Part shown: one piece after another, positions 1 to 9,614 of the stretch
Layout of the letters: every line of letters begins with the position of its first letter
Position numbering within the stretch: position 1 is the stretch's first letter
Source: Candidatus Latescibacterota bacterium
GTDB taxonomy: Bacteria; Latescibacterota; UBA2968; GCA-2709665
Assembly: GCA_965205485.1 (NCBI GenBank)
Contig: OZ242180.1
Span: 3,584,001-3,648,000, forward strand
Reading direction: 5' to 3'
Length of the DNA stretch: 64,000 nt
Program-made: the position numbers and the translations under genes
The notes under the pieces: model-generated
Databases searched by the model: none
Seen by the model: only the letters and a program-made list of their open reading frames with translations
Told to the model about the DNA's origin: nothing

Positions 1-646
1 CTGGCGCGGGGGAAAGGACGTACTGAAGCCGCTGGGGAACGAATCGCTGCCCGGCATGGAGGGCGTCTTCATGCACCGGGAGGGCGGCGAGAATATGTTC
101 GAGCCCCTTCCGGGCAGACGGGAGCCCGCCCCGACCGGTCTGCAGTGCATCGGCGGCGTGATCGAACACCTCCAGGCGCTGACCGCCATCGGATGTTCCA
201 CGGTGAATTCGTACCGGAGGTTGTGGGAGACGGGGTTCTGGGCGCCCGTCTACTCCGACTGGGGATATCAGAACCGGACCTGCGGGCTACGGGTCTCCGG
301 CCCCGGGCGGTTCGAATACCGTGCGGTGGACGCGATGGTGAACCCGTATCTGATGGCAGGCGCGTTACTGAAGGCCTTTGACGACGGCATTCGCCGCGAC
401 CTGGATCCCGGAGAGCCCGAACACCGCAACATTTACGAGGCGATCGAAGAAGGCAAGGAGGTTACCAAGCTGCCGACCACGTTGGGCGATGCGCTCGATA
501 AGCTGGAGCAGGACGAGGTGATCCGTTCGTCGCTTCCGGGCGAGATGTACGACGTCTACATGCATTACAAGCGGGACGAGTGGGAACGGTTTCTGGCAAC
601 GGTAACCGACTGGGACCTGGAGACCTACTGGGACTGTCTGCCGTAG
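1..646 (+). CDS. Glutamine synthetase family protein, probably gamma-glutamylmethylamide synthetase (GlnT/GmaS-like); 5' end outside window
   Basis: Frame open from base 2; GS C-terminal motifs TVNSYRRL, WGYQNRT, RFEYRAVD, NPYL, LPTTLGDAL; directly upstream of GlxB/GlxC-like genes. Confidence 0.8.
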   Translation, partial: WRGGKDVLKPLGNESLPGMEGVFMHREGGENMFEPLPGRREPAPTGLQCIGGVIEHLQALTAIGCSTVNSYRRLWETGFWAPVYSDWGYQNRTCGLRVSGPGRFEYRAVDAMVNPYLMAGALLKAFDDGIRRDLDPGEPEHRNIYEAIEEGKEVTKLPTTLGDALDKLEQDEVIRSSLPGEMYDVYMHYKRDEWERFLATVTDWDLETYWDCLP

Positions 647-668
647 TTGTGGCGGAAGCGAGGAGCCT

Positions 669-1604
669 ATGTGCGGGATCGCTGGGATTATCCACCGGAA
701 CCGAACCGGACGAATCGGCAACGAAATGACCATGATGCTTCAGGCGATGAGGCACAGGGGTCCGGACTCCACGGGCTTTGCGCTGTACGGAGAGCCGTCG
801 GCCGGGATCCTGGCAATGCGGTTCAAGGTGGCGGAGAAGGAGGACCTGGAGTCCGGCTTCGAGATCAGAGATCAGATCGTGCAGCGCAAGGCGGAGGTGG
901 ATGAGCGTATCGGATCGCTTGGCGGCGAAGTACTCGCCTCGGAGCAGCCAACGGAGTACGCGTTCCTCTATCGCGTCAGATACGAGGGAGACCTGCGCCG
1001 GTTCGCGGACTTTATAGAAGACGCGGAGGGCGTCGAAATTCTCTCCATAGGCAGCGCGCTGGAACTCGTCAAGGACCTCGGCGACGCCACCGAGGTGAGC
1101 GAGCAGTACGGGATGGGCACTTTTGTGGGCACGCACGCCATCGGTCACGTTCGCATGGCCACCGAGTCCGACGTGGACATACGTTCCGCGCATCCCTACT
1201 GGGCGTATCCGTTCGGGGATATCTCGGTCGTCCACAACGGCCAGCTGACCAATTACTGGTCGATGCGTCGCGATCTGGAGCGTCGGGGGCATCGCTTCGT
1301 GTCGGATTGCGATTCGGAACTGATCGCGGTCTATATCGCGGACAGCCTGGATCGCTCGGTTTCGCTCGAGGAAGCAATGGTGAGATCCGTACGGGAACTG
1401 GACGGCGTCTTCACGTATCTGGTGGCGACAACAGACAGCCTGGGAATGGCCAAGGATACCATGGCGGCCAAGCCCATGGTGCTCTACGAAGGGGAAGAGG
1501 AAACCCTGCTCGCCTCCGAGGAAGTGGCGATCCGGACGGTACTGCCCCAGGAAATCGAAACCGTGGACCCCTACGCGGGAGAAGTGCGGGTATGGCAAAA
1601 TTAG
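669..1604 (+). CDS. Class II glutamine amidotransferase (GlxB / N-methylglutamate synthase subunit A-like)
   Basis: N-terminal MCGIAG, HRGPDSTG, GHVRMATES, AHPY, VHNGQLTN, DSE motifs; RBS GAGGAG. Confidence 0.88.
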   Translation: MCGIAGIIHRNRTGRIGNEMTMMLQAMRHRGPDSTGFALYGEPSAGILAMRFKVAEKEDLESGFEIRDQIVQRKAEVDERIGSLGGEVLASEQPTEYAFLYRVRYEGDLRRFADFIEDAEGVEILSIGSALELVKDLGDATEVSEQYGMGTFVGTHAIGHVRMATESDVDIRSAHPYWAYPFGDISVVHNGQLTNYWSMRRDLERRGHRFVSDCDSELIAVYIADSLDRSVSLEEAMVRSVRELDGVFTYLVATTDSLGMAKDTMAAKPMVLYEGEEETLLASEEVAIRTVLPQEIETVDPYAGEVRVWQN

Positions 1605-2449
1605 ACGCGGACCGCGAAAAGACGCACCGTTCCTACGCGATGGGCATGCACGACGAGCCGCTTGCGAATCGGACGAACCGGGTCTTCTTTCGTGCCGAAG
1701 AGGGTGCGGAACTGGTGTACCCGGGATCGCTGAAGGTTGATTTCGGCAGGTGCGAGGAATTCGATGCGGCGCCCATGTCGATCCGGGAAGTGAACCGAAA
1801 GATCAGGCAACTGATGGAAGCCGGCTGCGGCCACGTCGTGGTGCGGAATCCCAACGCCAAGCACTCGCTCGGTTCCGGAATTCTGAATCGGCTGAAACTG
1901 GATTTCGAAGGGTCTCTGGGGTATTTCGCCGTGGGCCTTATCGATGGGCCCAACGTGAGGATCAGGGGGCGCGTGGGCTGGTCGTGCGCGGAAAACATGA
2001 TGGCGGGCACCGTGGTTGTGGAGAAGAACGCGGGGTCCTCTTTCGGCGCCGCGTTGCGGGGCGGCGACCTGGTCTGCAAGGGAGACGTCGGGGGACGTAC
2101 CGGCATCAACATGAAGGGCGGAACCATTCTGGTGGCCGGGCGAACGGGAATGCTCTCCGGATTCATGATGCAGCGCGGGCGGATGATCGTCCTGGGAGAC
2201 GCCGACGAAAATCTCGGCGATTCGATGTACGACGGCACGATCTACGTCGGCGGGAGCATAAAATCGCTGGGTGTGGACGCCGTTCGCGCGGAATTGACGG
2301 ATCTCGAGGTCGCCTGGCTGGACCGCAAGCTGGGACTGTACGGCCTCGAGGCCCCGGACGGAGCGGGCAACCTGAAAAAAGTCGTCGCGGGCAGGCAGCT
2401 CTGGAATTACGACAACCTGGAACCGGCGGAGAAGAAGATGGTGCTATAG
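1592..2449 (+). CDS. GXGXG glutamate synthase domain 3 protein (GlxC / N-methylglutamate synthase subunit B-like)
   Basis: ATG 1592 overlaps the upstream stop; repeated GxxG beta-helix (AENMMAG, GINMKGG, GFMMQRG, GDSMYDG), RQLWNY tail. Confidence 0.85.
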   Translation: MAKLDADREKTHRSYAMGMHDEPLANRTNRVFFRAEEGAELVYPGSLKVDFGRCEEFDAAPMSIREVNRKIRQLMEAGCGHVVVRNPNAKHSLGSGILNRLKLDFEGSLGYFAVGLIDGPNVRIRGRVGWSCAENMMAGTVVVEKNAGSSFGAALRGGDLVCKGDVGGRTGINMKGGTILVAGRTGMLSGFMMQRGRMIVLGDADENLGDSMYDGTIYVGGSIKSLGVDAVRAELTDLEVAWLDRKLGLYGLEAPDGAGNLKKVVAGRQLWNYDNLEPAEKKMVL

Positions 2450-2714
2450 CGAATTGTACATTCAAACCGAAACAAACATGGATGGACAGGATAGGCAGGA
2501 TAAAACCCCAAATCCAAGATGATTGTCCTCAGGTGAACTCAAAAATCGCCAGTCTGTGACGCCAAAGCACTTCTGTTCTTCTTTATAGATCGAAGGCGAT
2601 GTCGAAGAAATAATACGAATCAAGGCCAACCATGGAAGTCGAAGGGAACGACGTCGGCCCTTCGTCGGGATTGAATACATCCGGAACCAGTTCCGGATCT
2701 TCGGGAGAGAAAAG

Positions 2715-3707
2715 ATGGGCGACGTATTATCCGTGGGTATGGTGGGCGCAGGCGGTATCGCGCATTCTCACATGCGTGCGATCGCTGAGGTTGAAAACAT
2801 AAGAACGGCGGCGGTGATGGATATCTTCGCGGATCCCGCGGAGAAGGCGGCGGCGGAATACGGTGCCAGGGCGTATACCAGCCTGGATGCGATGCTGGAC
2901 GATCCGGATGTCGAAGCCGTCCACGTATGCACGCCGCACAACCTTCACGGCGCACAGGTGGTGGCCGCCGCGGAAGCCGGGAAACACGTCCTGGTGGAAA
3001 AGCCCATGGCGCTGACGCTCGACGAGTGCGACCGGATGATCGCGGCCTGCGAAAAGGCGAGTCGCGTTCTGATGGTGGGGCAGGTCATGCGTTATTACCC
3101 GGTCAGTCGAAAGGTGAAACAGCTCATCGCCGATGGCGTGATCGGCCAGGTGGGTCACCTGCTCAGGCGGCGGCTGGGGAACTTCAATCCCGCGCCCGCG
3201 CCGGGACAGGATACCCACTGGTACCTGGACCTGGAGGCCGGGGGCATCTGCGTGTTGTACTGTTTCGGACCGCACGAATACGATATCCTGCACTGGTATA
3301 TGGATTCGCCGGTTGTCAGGGTCTTCGCGCAGGGAACGGAGAGTACGGAACGCTACCGCGGGCAGAAGGACTCCTATACGGCCGTCATGAACCACGCCAA
3401 CGGCGCGGTCAGCGTGTTGTCTCAGTCCGTCGTCTGCCACTCCGGGTCGCATGACCAGTACATCATGGGAAGCCTGGGATCGATGTCGTTCACCCATGGT
3501 CGGCTGATGCTCAACGGCAGTGAGGTGGACGTGGGCGAACCGGGTAACGGGATGCAGAATCAGATTCGCGAGTTCGCCGACTGCTGCCTGGAGGGAAAGA
3601 CCCCCGACGCCAGCGGCCGGTCCGTGCGGCATACGATGGCTGTCATCGAAGCGGCCAAACAAAGCGCGGAACGGAACGAGTCTGTCCTGGTCTCGGAATT
3701 CGATTGA
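2715..3707 (+). CDS. Gfo/Idh/MocA family oxidoreductase
   Basis: GMVGAGGIA Rossmann motif, CTPHNLH, GKHVLVEKPMA. Confidence 0.92.
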   Translation: MGDVLSVGMVGAGGIAHSHMRAIAEVENIRTAAVMDIFADPAEKAAAEYGARAYTSLDAMLDDPDVEAVHVCTPHNLHGAQVVAAAEAGKHVLVEKPMALTLDECDRMIAACEKASRVLMVGQVMRYYPVSRKVKQLIADGVIGQVGHLLRRRLGNFNPAPAPGQDTHWYLDLEAGGICVLYCFGPHEYDILHWYMDSPVVRVFAQGTESTERYRGQKDSYTAVMNHANGAVSVLSQSVVCHSGSHDQYIMGSLGSMSFTHGRLMLNGSEVDVGEPGNGMQNQIREFADCCLEGKTPDASGRSVRHTMAVIEAAKQSAERNESVLVSEFD

Positions 3708-3750
3708 AAAACGGCTCCCGCGCCGCCCCGGGACAGGACACGGGTCTGTT

Positions 3751-5016
3751 ATGGACTTGAACACTGAGGTCCTGGACGCCGATATCGCGTTCATTCCCCG
3801 GAAACTGAAGACGCCGCTCCACCTGAGTTCCGGGCAGATTTCGGAGCTCACCGAAGCCCGTGCGGTAGTCACGGTCCGCGTGGCCGGGCGCGAAGGCAGG
3901 GGCAGGGGGTCGATTTATCTCAGCGACGTCTGGGCCTGGCCGGATGCTTCGCTGACGCATGAGTTTCGTGATCGGGCCCTGCGCGGCTTCTGTGAGGACA
4001 TTGCGCGAGGACTGTACGCGCAATGCGGCGGCGAACCCGCGCACCCGCTGACACTGGGCCTTCGGCTTCACGAGTCGGTTGCCGGTGAATCATCGCCACC
4101 GGCCCTTGCCCGCGCGATGTGCGCCAGTCCGTTCGACGCCGGGATCCACGACGCGGTCGGCATCGTGACCGGACGCTCCGCATTCCGCTTCTACGCCGGT
4201 GCCGCACAGTTCCCCGACGTGGACGGTCTCTTTCCGGGCGGCGGCGCATGCGCGGCGATTCAGCGGCTGTTTCATTCTCCCAATCCGAGCCTGCGCGCCT
4301 GGTGGGTCGTGGGAAGCGCCGACGACCTGGGCGCGGATCTCGCGCAAGTCATCAAGGATCACGGGTATCGCGGCTTCAAGCTGAAGATTCCGGCGAAGGA
4401 CAACGCCGCCGACGCGGCCAGGACCGTCGAGGTGTACCGCGCCCTTCGCGGGCACGGCGTCGACGATCCCGCGTTGACGGCGGACAGCAATGAAGCCAAT
4501 CCGGATGCGGAAAGCGTGCTTGACTATCTGCAGCGGCTCAGGGCCGAGGACAGCGAGGCCTTTCGGGCGCTGAGGTACCTGGAACAGCCCACGGGTCGGG
4601 ATATTCTGGTGCATCCACAGGACTGGCGGGCGGTCACCAGGCTCAAGCCGGTGTTTCTGGACGAGGGCCTCACCAGCCTTGAGTTGCTGCCGGAAGCGAA
4701 GCGCCAGGGTTGGAGCGGCCTGGCCCTGAAGACCTGCAAGGGTCACAGCTTCGCACTGCTGGCAGCCGCGTGGGCGCGTGAGAACGGGATGCGGCTCGCG
4801 CTTCAGGATCTGACCAATCCCGGGTTCGCGGCAATCCACGCCGCGCTGTTCGCGTCGCACGTGCCTATGATCAACGGCGTGGAAATCAACTCCCCTCAAT
4901 ATACGCCGGATGCCAACGCCGATTGGCTGCCGCGCCTGGCGGGAATTTTCGAGCCCGTGGACGGGCTACATCGGATAGACAACCCCGACGCCGTAGGGTT
5001 GGGGTCCACGCTGTAA
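3751..5016 (+). CDS. Mandelate racemase/enolase superfamily protein
   Basis: FKLKI (KxK), ADSNE, YLEQP, LDEG, LKTCKG metal/catalytic motifs; start set at ATG 3751. Confidence 0.82.
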   Translation: MDLNTEVLDADIAFIPRKLKTPLHLSSGQISELTEARAVVTVRVAGREGRGRGSIYLSDVWAWPDASLTHEFRDRALRGFCEDIARGLYAQCGGEPAHPLTLGLRLHESVAGESSPPALARAMCASPFDAGIHDAVGIVTGRSAFRFYAGAAQFPDVDGLFPGGGACAAIQRLFHSPNPSLRAWWVVGSADDLGADLAQVIKDHGYRGFKLKIPAKDNAADAARTVEVYRALRGHGVDDPALTADSNEANPDAESVLDYLQRLRAEDSEAFRALRYLEQPTGRDILVHPQDWRAVTRLKPVFLDEGLTSLELLPEAKRQGWSGLALKTCKGHSFALLAAAWARENGMRLALQDLTNPGFAAIHAALFASHVPMINGVEINSPQYTPDANADWLPRLAGIFEPVDGLHRIDNPDAVGLGSTL

Positions 5017-5079
5017 CGGTCTGGGGAAGCTTCGAGTTCGCCCGTCTAGCGGGCAAGGGTGCTCCCGGGAGGAATGACG

Positions 5080-5928
5080 ATGGATACCGAAAGTCTGGAT
5101 TACCGACTCACCAGCGAGGAGAAGTCGAAGTTCGAGCGCGACGGGTTCTTGATGATCGAAGATGCGATTCCGCCCGAGCGGGTCTCCGCGTTGAACCGCG
5201 TGGTCGACAGGGTTTACGAGACCTATCTTGCCGATAACGGTCTGGGGCCTGGCGAACGCATGAACCTGACGGACTTCGTGGGGCTCGACGATGAGTTTCT
5301 TGCCCTGCTGGACTGGCCGGTCACGTTCACCAGGGTATGGGGCATTCTCGGGTGGAATATCCAGCTTTATCACTCCCATCTGATCGTCACCCCGCCGGAT
5401 TCGCCGGAGAAACGCGCATATCGCGGACGTTTGGGCCTGCACCAGGACAGCGGGCGGTTGAATATCGAACTGGACGCCACGCCCCGGCCGCGGGTCTCCC
5501 TCAAGGTCGCCTATTTTTTGACCGATACGTCGCAGCCGGACCGCGGGAATTTTCACATCGTTCCCGGAAGCCACCTTCAAAACCGGCTGGATTTTCCGGA
5601 CGACGGCGCGTCCGACCCGCCCGAGATGACGCCCGTTCTGGCTTCGGCGGGCTCGGCGGTGTTCTTCGATCGGCGGCTCTGGCACGCGGCCGGGATAAAC
5701 CATTCGGACGTGACGCGAAAAGTGCTGTTCTACGGGTACAGTTACCGCTGGCTCAGGCCCAGAGACAATATGACCGTAGCCCATTGCATGGAGCGATGTG
5801 ATCCGGTTCAGCGGCAGTTGCTCGGTGAAAGCACCGGAGGGATGGGATATACGTCGCCCACCGACGCGGACGTGCCGCTCAAGGGCTGGATCCGGGAACA
5901 CGCCGGGGAGGAAGCCGTCGCGCCGTAG
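5080..5928 (+). CDS. Phytanoyl-CoA dioxygenase (PhyH) family protein
   Basis: FERDGFL, LHQDS (HxD), VPGSH, LWHAAG; RBS GGGAGG upstream. Confidence 0.9.
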   Translation: MDTESLDYRLTSEEKSKFERDGFLMIEDAIPPERVSALNRVVDRVYETYLADNGLGPGERMNLTDFVGLDDEFLALLDWPVTFTRVWGILGWNIQLYHSHLIVTPPDSPEKRAYRGRLGLHQDSGRLNIELDATPRPRVSLKVAYFLTDTSQPDRGNFHIVPGSHLQNRLDFPDDGASDPPEMTPVLASAGSAVFFDRRLWHAAGINHSDVTRKVLFYGYSYRWLRPRDNMTVAHCMERCDPVQRQLLGESTGGMGYTSPTDADVPLKGWIREHAGEEAVAP

Positions 5929-6019
5929 CGTACAGCGCTTGAAATCGTCCGCACCGGTGGGGGCCCGTGTTCAGTCCCGGAGGTTGCTCCAAAATCGGCA
6001 TATCGGCAGTGTCAAAAAA

Positions 6020-6042
6020 GCTGTCAGCTCTCAGCCATCAGC
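6020..6042. repeat. Heptamer tandem repeat GCNNTCA x3
   Basis: GCTGTCA GCTCTCA GCCATCA GC; related array at 8609-8640. Confidence 0.7.
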
Positions 6043-6290
6043 TTGAATCAAAAGCGAGCGACAGAAAACAAAAGGCGACCGACGGAACCAGCACGAGTCC
6101 GTCAGATTGATCTCTCTGAGATTCCCATCACCCGTTCGGTTGTGGGGATGGGGCTTTTCCGCGCCAGTCCGTTCAGCACGGAAGTCAGGAAATGCCTTCG
6201 TGGGCGGCAGGGCAGCGGCGCACGTTCTTACCACGGAGGGGGTTCGCGGAAAAGCAGCCCCGCGGCGTTTGAGCGGCGCCCTTCTTTTTC

Positions 6291-6324
6291 GCCCTTTTTC
6301 TTGTGGCGATACAAGAAAAAGGGC
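6291..6324. repeat. Perfect 14-bp inverted repeat (hairpin)
   Basis: GCCCTTTTTCTTGT-GGCGAT-ACAAGAAAAAGGGC. Confidence 0.75.
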
Positions 6325-6395
6325 AAGGGAATAGGGGACGTTAAAGGGTTTGGTGGGATCTTGCAGGTGAAAGTTGGTGGAAACGGGTGGAGTCA

Positions 6396-6430
6396 GGACC
6401 CCGCCCGAAGCGAGCTTCGGAGCGGGGTCC
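6396..6430. repeat. GC-rich hairpin in the leader of the DegT gene
   Basis: GGACCCCGC-CCGAAG-CGAG-CTTCGG-A-GCGGGGTCC, ending 13 nt before the AAGGAG RBS. Confidence 0.65.
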
Positions 6431-6456
6431 GTAATCTGCAAAGAAGGAGATCGAAG

Positions 6457-7740
6457 ATGGCAGGGGAACTCGCGATTCTTGGCGGCGAAAAGGCAATTAC
6501 GGCCGATAGCGGGGAGCAGTGGCGTCGACCCGTGGAGAAGGAAAAAGCCGCGGTCTGCGCCCTGATCGACGAAGGCTATCTCTCCGGATCGGGATCGGGG
6601 GTTCCGAAGGAATTTGAGGAACGGTTCGCGGAGTACGTGGGCTGCAAATACGTCCTCACGACCAGCCACGGGCATACGGCGCTCGCCAGTGGATTCTTCG
6701 CGGCGGGCCTGGGCGCGGGCGATGAATTCATCACCCCATCGGTCGGTTATATAGGCAGCTACGCGGGCGCGTTGCATATGGGCGCCACGCCGGTGTTCTG
6801 CGAGATCGATCCGGAGACGCTGTTGATGGACCCGGACGACGCGGCGCTGCGGATCACGGACAGGACCCGCGTGCTCTCGCCGATCCACTCGTGCGGCCGG
6901 GTGTGCGATATGGACCGGCTGCTGGCCCTTGCGGACGCCCACGGACTGGTGGTGGTGGAGGACGCGGCTCACGCGCACGGCAGCGAGTGGGACGGCGTGA
7001 AGATCGGCAACCTGGGGCATATCGCGTGCTTCAGCATGCAGGGTTCGATGCCCGGGGGCAAACCCGTCGCGGGCGGCGAGGCCGGCATCGTGGCGACGAA
7101 CGACCGCGAGTTGTACGAGCGCGCGTTGATCTACTGCCACCTGCACCGGCCGGGCGCGGTGCAGGAGCTCACGAACCCGGTCTACCGTGAGCTGGAACCG
7201 CAGCTTCTCGGATGGAAATGGCGGCCGCATCCGCTGGCCATGGCTATCGGCCTTATCTCGCTTGAACACCTTCCCGAACGGATGGACCGGTTTGAAGCCA
7301 ACCGTGAGGCCCTGTTCCGAAAAATCGAGGGCCTGCCGGGAATCCGGCCGGTCTGCAATTACAGGAAAGCCAGGGGTGTGGAGCTTTACGGCGGGATCAA
7401 GTTCATCTACGAGCCGGAAGCGCTGGGCGGGTTGCCCGCGCCCCGGTTCGTGGCGGCCATGCGTGCCGAAGGCGCGCCCCTGAACGGCCCGGGCGTGGGC
7501 CACATGGAACATCTTCGGTCCATTTATACCAAAGACCTTCCCGGACTCTGGGGAGCGGGTCACGACGGACCGGCGAATGTGCCTCTGCCCCGCTATCGCG
7601 AGGGCGATTTCCCGGTTTCGGAAGCGATCCGCGGGCGGGTGCTGTCCTATCCGGGACATATCCAGGCCGCGGACGGGTTCATCGATCAGTTCGCTGCGGC
7701 GTTCCGGAAGGTCGTGCTTCAGCATCAGCAGCTATTGTAG
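6457..7740 (+). CDS. DegT/DnrJ/EryC1/StrS PLP-dependent aminotransferase
   Basis: ELAILGG start, FEERFAEYVG, GATPVFCEID, EDAAHAHG, FSMQG...K..AGGEAG; RBS AAGGAG. Confidence 0.9.
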   Translation: MAGELAILGGEKAITADSGEQWRRPVEKEKAAVCALIDEGYLSGSGSGVPKEFEERFAEYVGCKYVLTTSHGHTALASGFFAAGLGAGDEFITPSVGYIGSYAGALHMGATPVFCEIDPETLLMDPDDAALRITDRTRVLSPIHSCGRVCDMDRLLALADAHGLVVVEDAAHAHGSEWDGVKIGNLGHIACFSMQGSMPGGKPVAGGEAGIVATNDRELYERALIYCHLHRPGAVQELTNPVYRELEPQLLGWKWRPHPLAMAIGLISLEHLPERMDRFEANREALFRKIEGLPGIRPVCNYRKARGVELYGGIKFIYEPEALGGLPAPRFVAAMRAEGAPLNGPGVGHMEHLRSIYTKDLPGLWGAGHDGPANVPLPRYREGDFPVSEAIRGRVLSYPGHIQAADGFIDQFAAAFRKVVLQHQQLL

Positions 7741-7807
7741 GCGTCTGTTGGAAACGTCGCGCTGCAGGCGAGCCGGCCGAAGTCCGGATGGGCTTCTTCA
7801 ACGGGCT
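7741..7807. mobile_element. Internally deleted, degenerate copy of MITE family A
   Basis: GTCTGTTGGAAACGTCGCGCTGCAGGCGAG...CCGGATGGGCTTCTTCAACGGGCT matches both ends of 21471-21630. Confidence 0.7.
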
Positions 7808-7822
7808 AACAGGAGGCGTGGG

Positions 7823-8602
7823 TTGGCTGGATCCGTGGCGTTTGGTTCTCCGCTGGAGGTGCGGCTCGCGTGCCGCCGGAATGCGCTGAAGACCGTGGCG
7901 TCGCGCGCGCTTTCGGGCTACCTTTGCGTGAATGTGGTCATGATGGACGAGGCGTACGCCGCGGAGTTCGAGCGATTCTGCAGGGCGAACCCGAAGCCGT
8001 GTCCGCTGCTGGCCGTAATGCCAGCAGGCCGGACGGATTGTCCGGAATTTGCGCGCGGGCTCGACATTCGCACCGATCTGGGTTCGTACGACGTGATCCG
8101 GGAGGGCGTGGTTGTCGAGCAGCGACGGGACGTGGTTTCCCTCTATTCAGGCGACATGGTCACGTTTCTGATCGGTTCCAGCGTGTCATTCGACGGCCTC
8201 CTGGTCGAAAAGGGATACGAACCCGCGTTCGGTCCGTGTATTCAGCTGACCGACCTGGACTGCGAACCGGCGGGAAGGTTTCGGAGCAAAATGGCGGTAA
8301 CGATGCGGAGCTTTCTCCCCGATCGCTGCGACGCTGTATGGGAATACACAAGTCATTTTCCGGCGTGCCATGGGGCGCCTCTTGGCAGGAATAACGGCCG
8401 GGAACTGGGTATTCCGGACCTGAATGCGACGATTTCAGGGAATCCGATAGAGGTTCCAGAGAGCACCGACCGCCTCTACTGGGCCTGCGGCGTGACGCCC
8501 AGCCTGGCGGCACAACAGGCCCGGCTGCCATTCGCCCTTTCCTACACGCCCGGCCACGCGCTGATTACGGATATACCAACCGAGAGTCTGTATGAAGCTT
8601 GA
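7823..8602 (+). CDS. DUF1445 / D-glutamate cyclase-like putative hydro-lyase
   Basis: FCRANPKPCPLL, DIRTDL, FLIGSS, HGAP, WACGVTP, PGHALITD; TTG start with AGGAGG RBS. Confidence 0.85.
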   Translation: MAGSVAFGSPLEVRLACRRNALKTVASRALSGYLCVNVVMMDEAYAAEFERFCRANPKPCPLLAVMPAGRTDCPEFARGLDIRTDLGSYDVIREGVVVEQRRDVVSLYSGDMVTFLIGSSVSFDGLLVEKGYEPAFGPCIQLTDLDCEPAGRFRSKMAVTMRSFLPDRCDAVWEYTSHFPACHGAPLGRNNGRELGIPDLNATISGNPIEVPESTDRLYWACGVTPSLAAQQARLPFALSYTPGHALITDIPTESLYEA

Positions 8603-8608
8603 AGTAAA

Positions 8609-8640
8609 GCTGTCAGCGATCAGCCGTCAGCTCTCAGCCA
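8609..8640. repeat. Heptamer tandem repeat GCNNTCA x4
   Basis: GCTGTCA GCGATCA GCCGTCA GCTCTCA GCCA. Confidence 0.7.
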
Positions 8641-8697
8641 AAGGCGGTTCCTGCTAAGGATAAGCATCGGGAATCTTCGATAACCCCACCGCCATGT

Positions 8698-8723
8698 GGG
8701 CAACCACAAGGGTTGCCTCTACA
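8698..8723 (-). repeat. Single GTAG-type REP-like palindrome
   Basis: Reverse strand TGTAGAGGCAACCCTTGTGGTTGCCC, a variant of the REP pair at 20133-20236. Confidence 0.65.
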
Positions 8724-8855
8724 AATCCAGATATCACGCGTACGGTTGTGGAGTGGGGGGTTTTTCCGTGCCAGGACCAGCCTGCCATAACATCCCATCC
8801 GTGTGGTTCGGTAGAATCTGATGCTGTACGTTGAAGATGTCCCGGAGGACGAGCG

Positions 8856-9605
8856 GTGAGCAAGTCCAACTGGCTGGACGCGGCAACGGCAACCTGGCCG
8901 GAGTGCAGGGATTTCCTTGCGGACACGCCCGCGGCAATCCTGCCGCTGGGCGCGACCGAACAACACGGCCCCCACCTGCCGCAGAACACGGATACCGTGC
9001 TCGCGGAGGCGCTGGCCGCAGAGGTCGCAAAACAGAGTTCCGGCCTCCTTCTGCCTTCGGTCCAGGTGGGGTACTCCTGGAGCTGGCGCGACTATCCGGG
9101 CACGCTCACGTTCTCGTTCGACACATTTCGCGAGGTCGTGAAGGACCTGGCGCGCAGCGTGCACCGGGGAGGCTGCCGCGCGCTGATGACGCTTTCGGGA
9201 CACGGCGCGAACCCGGGCCCGCTGAAGATGACCGCCAGGGAACTCGTCGACGAGATGGACCTGAGGGTATTGAATGTCTTCTATCCCGGCCTGGATGAAG
9301 TGATGGCCGATGCGGAGTCGCCGCAATGGGCGCCGATGAACTTTCACGCGGAGGAATTCGAAACGTCATTGATGCTCTACCTGAAGCCCGACTGGGTCAG
9401 GATGGACAGGGCCGTGCGGGAGTACCCGCCGCGGTCTACCGATTACGAGATGTCCACGCTGCCCCTGGGAAGCCTGTCCCGATCGGGGGTGTTCGGCGAT
9501 GCCACGGTCGCTTCCGCCGAAAAGGGCGAGCGCTGGTTTCACGCGTGTGTGGCGCGCATGGCGCGGGTGTGGACGGAATTCCTGTCCGCGCCGGATGACA
9601 GGTAG
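8856..9605 (+). CDS. Creatininase family amidohydrolase
   Basis: LPLGATEQHGPHLP..TD, SGHGAN, HAEEFETS, SGVFGD. Confidence 0.92.
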   Translation: MSKSNWLDAATATWPECRDFLADTPAAILPLGATEQHGPHLPQNTDTVLAEALAAEVAKQSSGLLLPSVQVGYSWSWRDYPGTLTFSFDTFREVVKDLARSVHRGGCRALMTLSGHGANPGPLKMTARELVDEMDLRVLNVFYPGLDEVMADAESPQWAPMNFHAEEFETSLMLYLKPDWVRMDRAVREYPPRSTDYEMSTLPLGSLSRSGVFGDATVASAEKGERWFHACVARMARVWTEFLSAPDDR

Positions 9606-9614
9606 GGGGGCGGG

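Noticed and set aside
6043..6456. Long N-terminal extensions in the ORF track (also 1307, 3520, 7577, 25213, 62454)
   Set aside because: They run through repeats, MITEs or upstream genes; downstream starts with RBSs or family N-termini fit better
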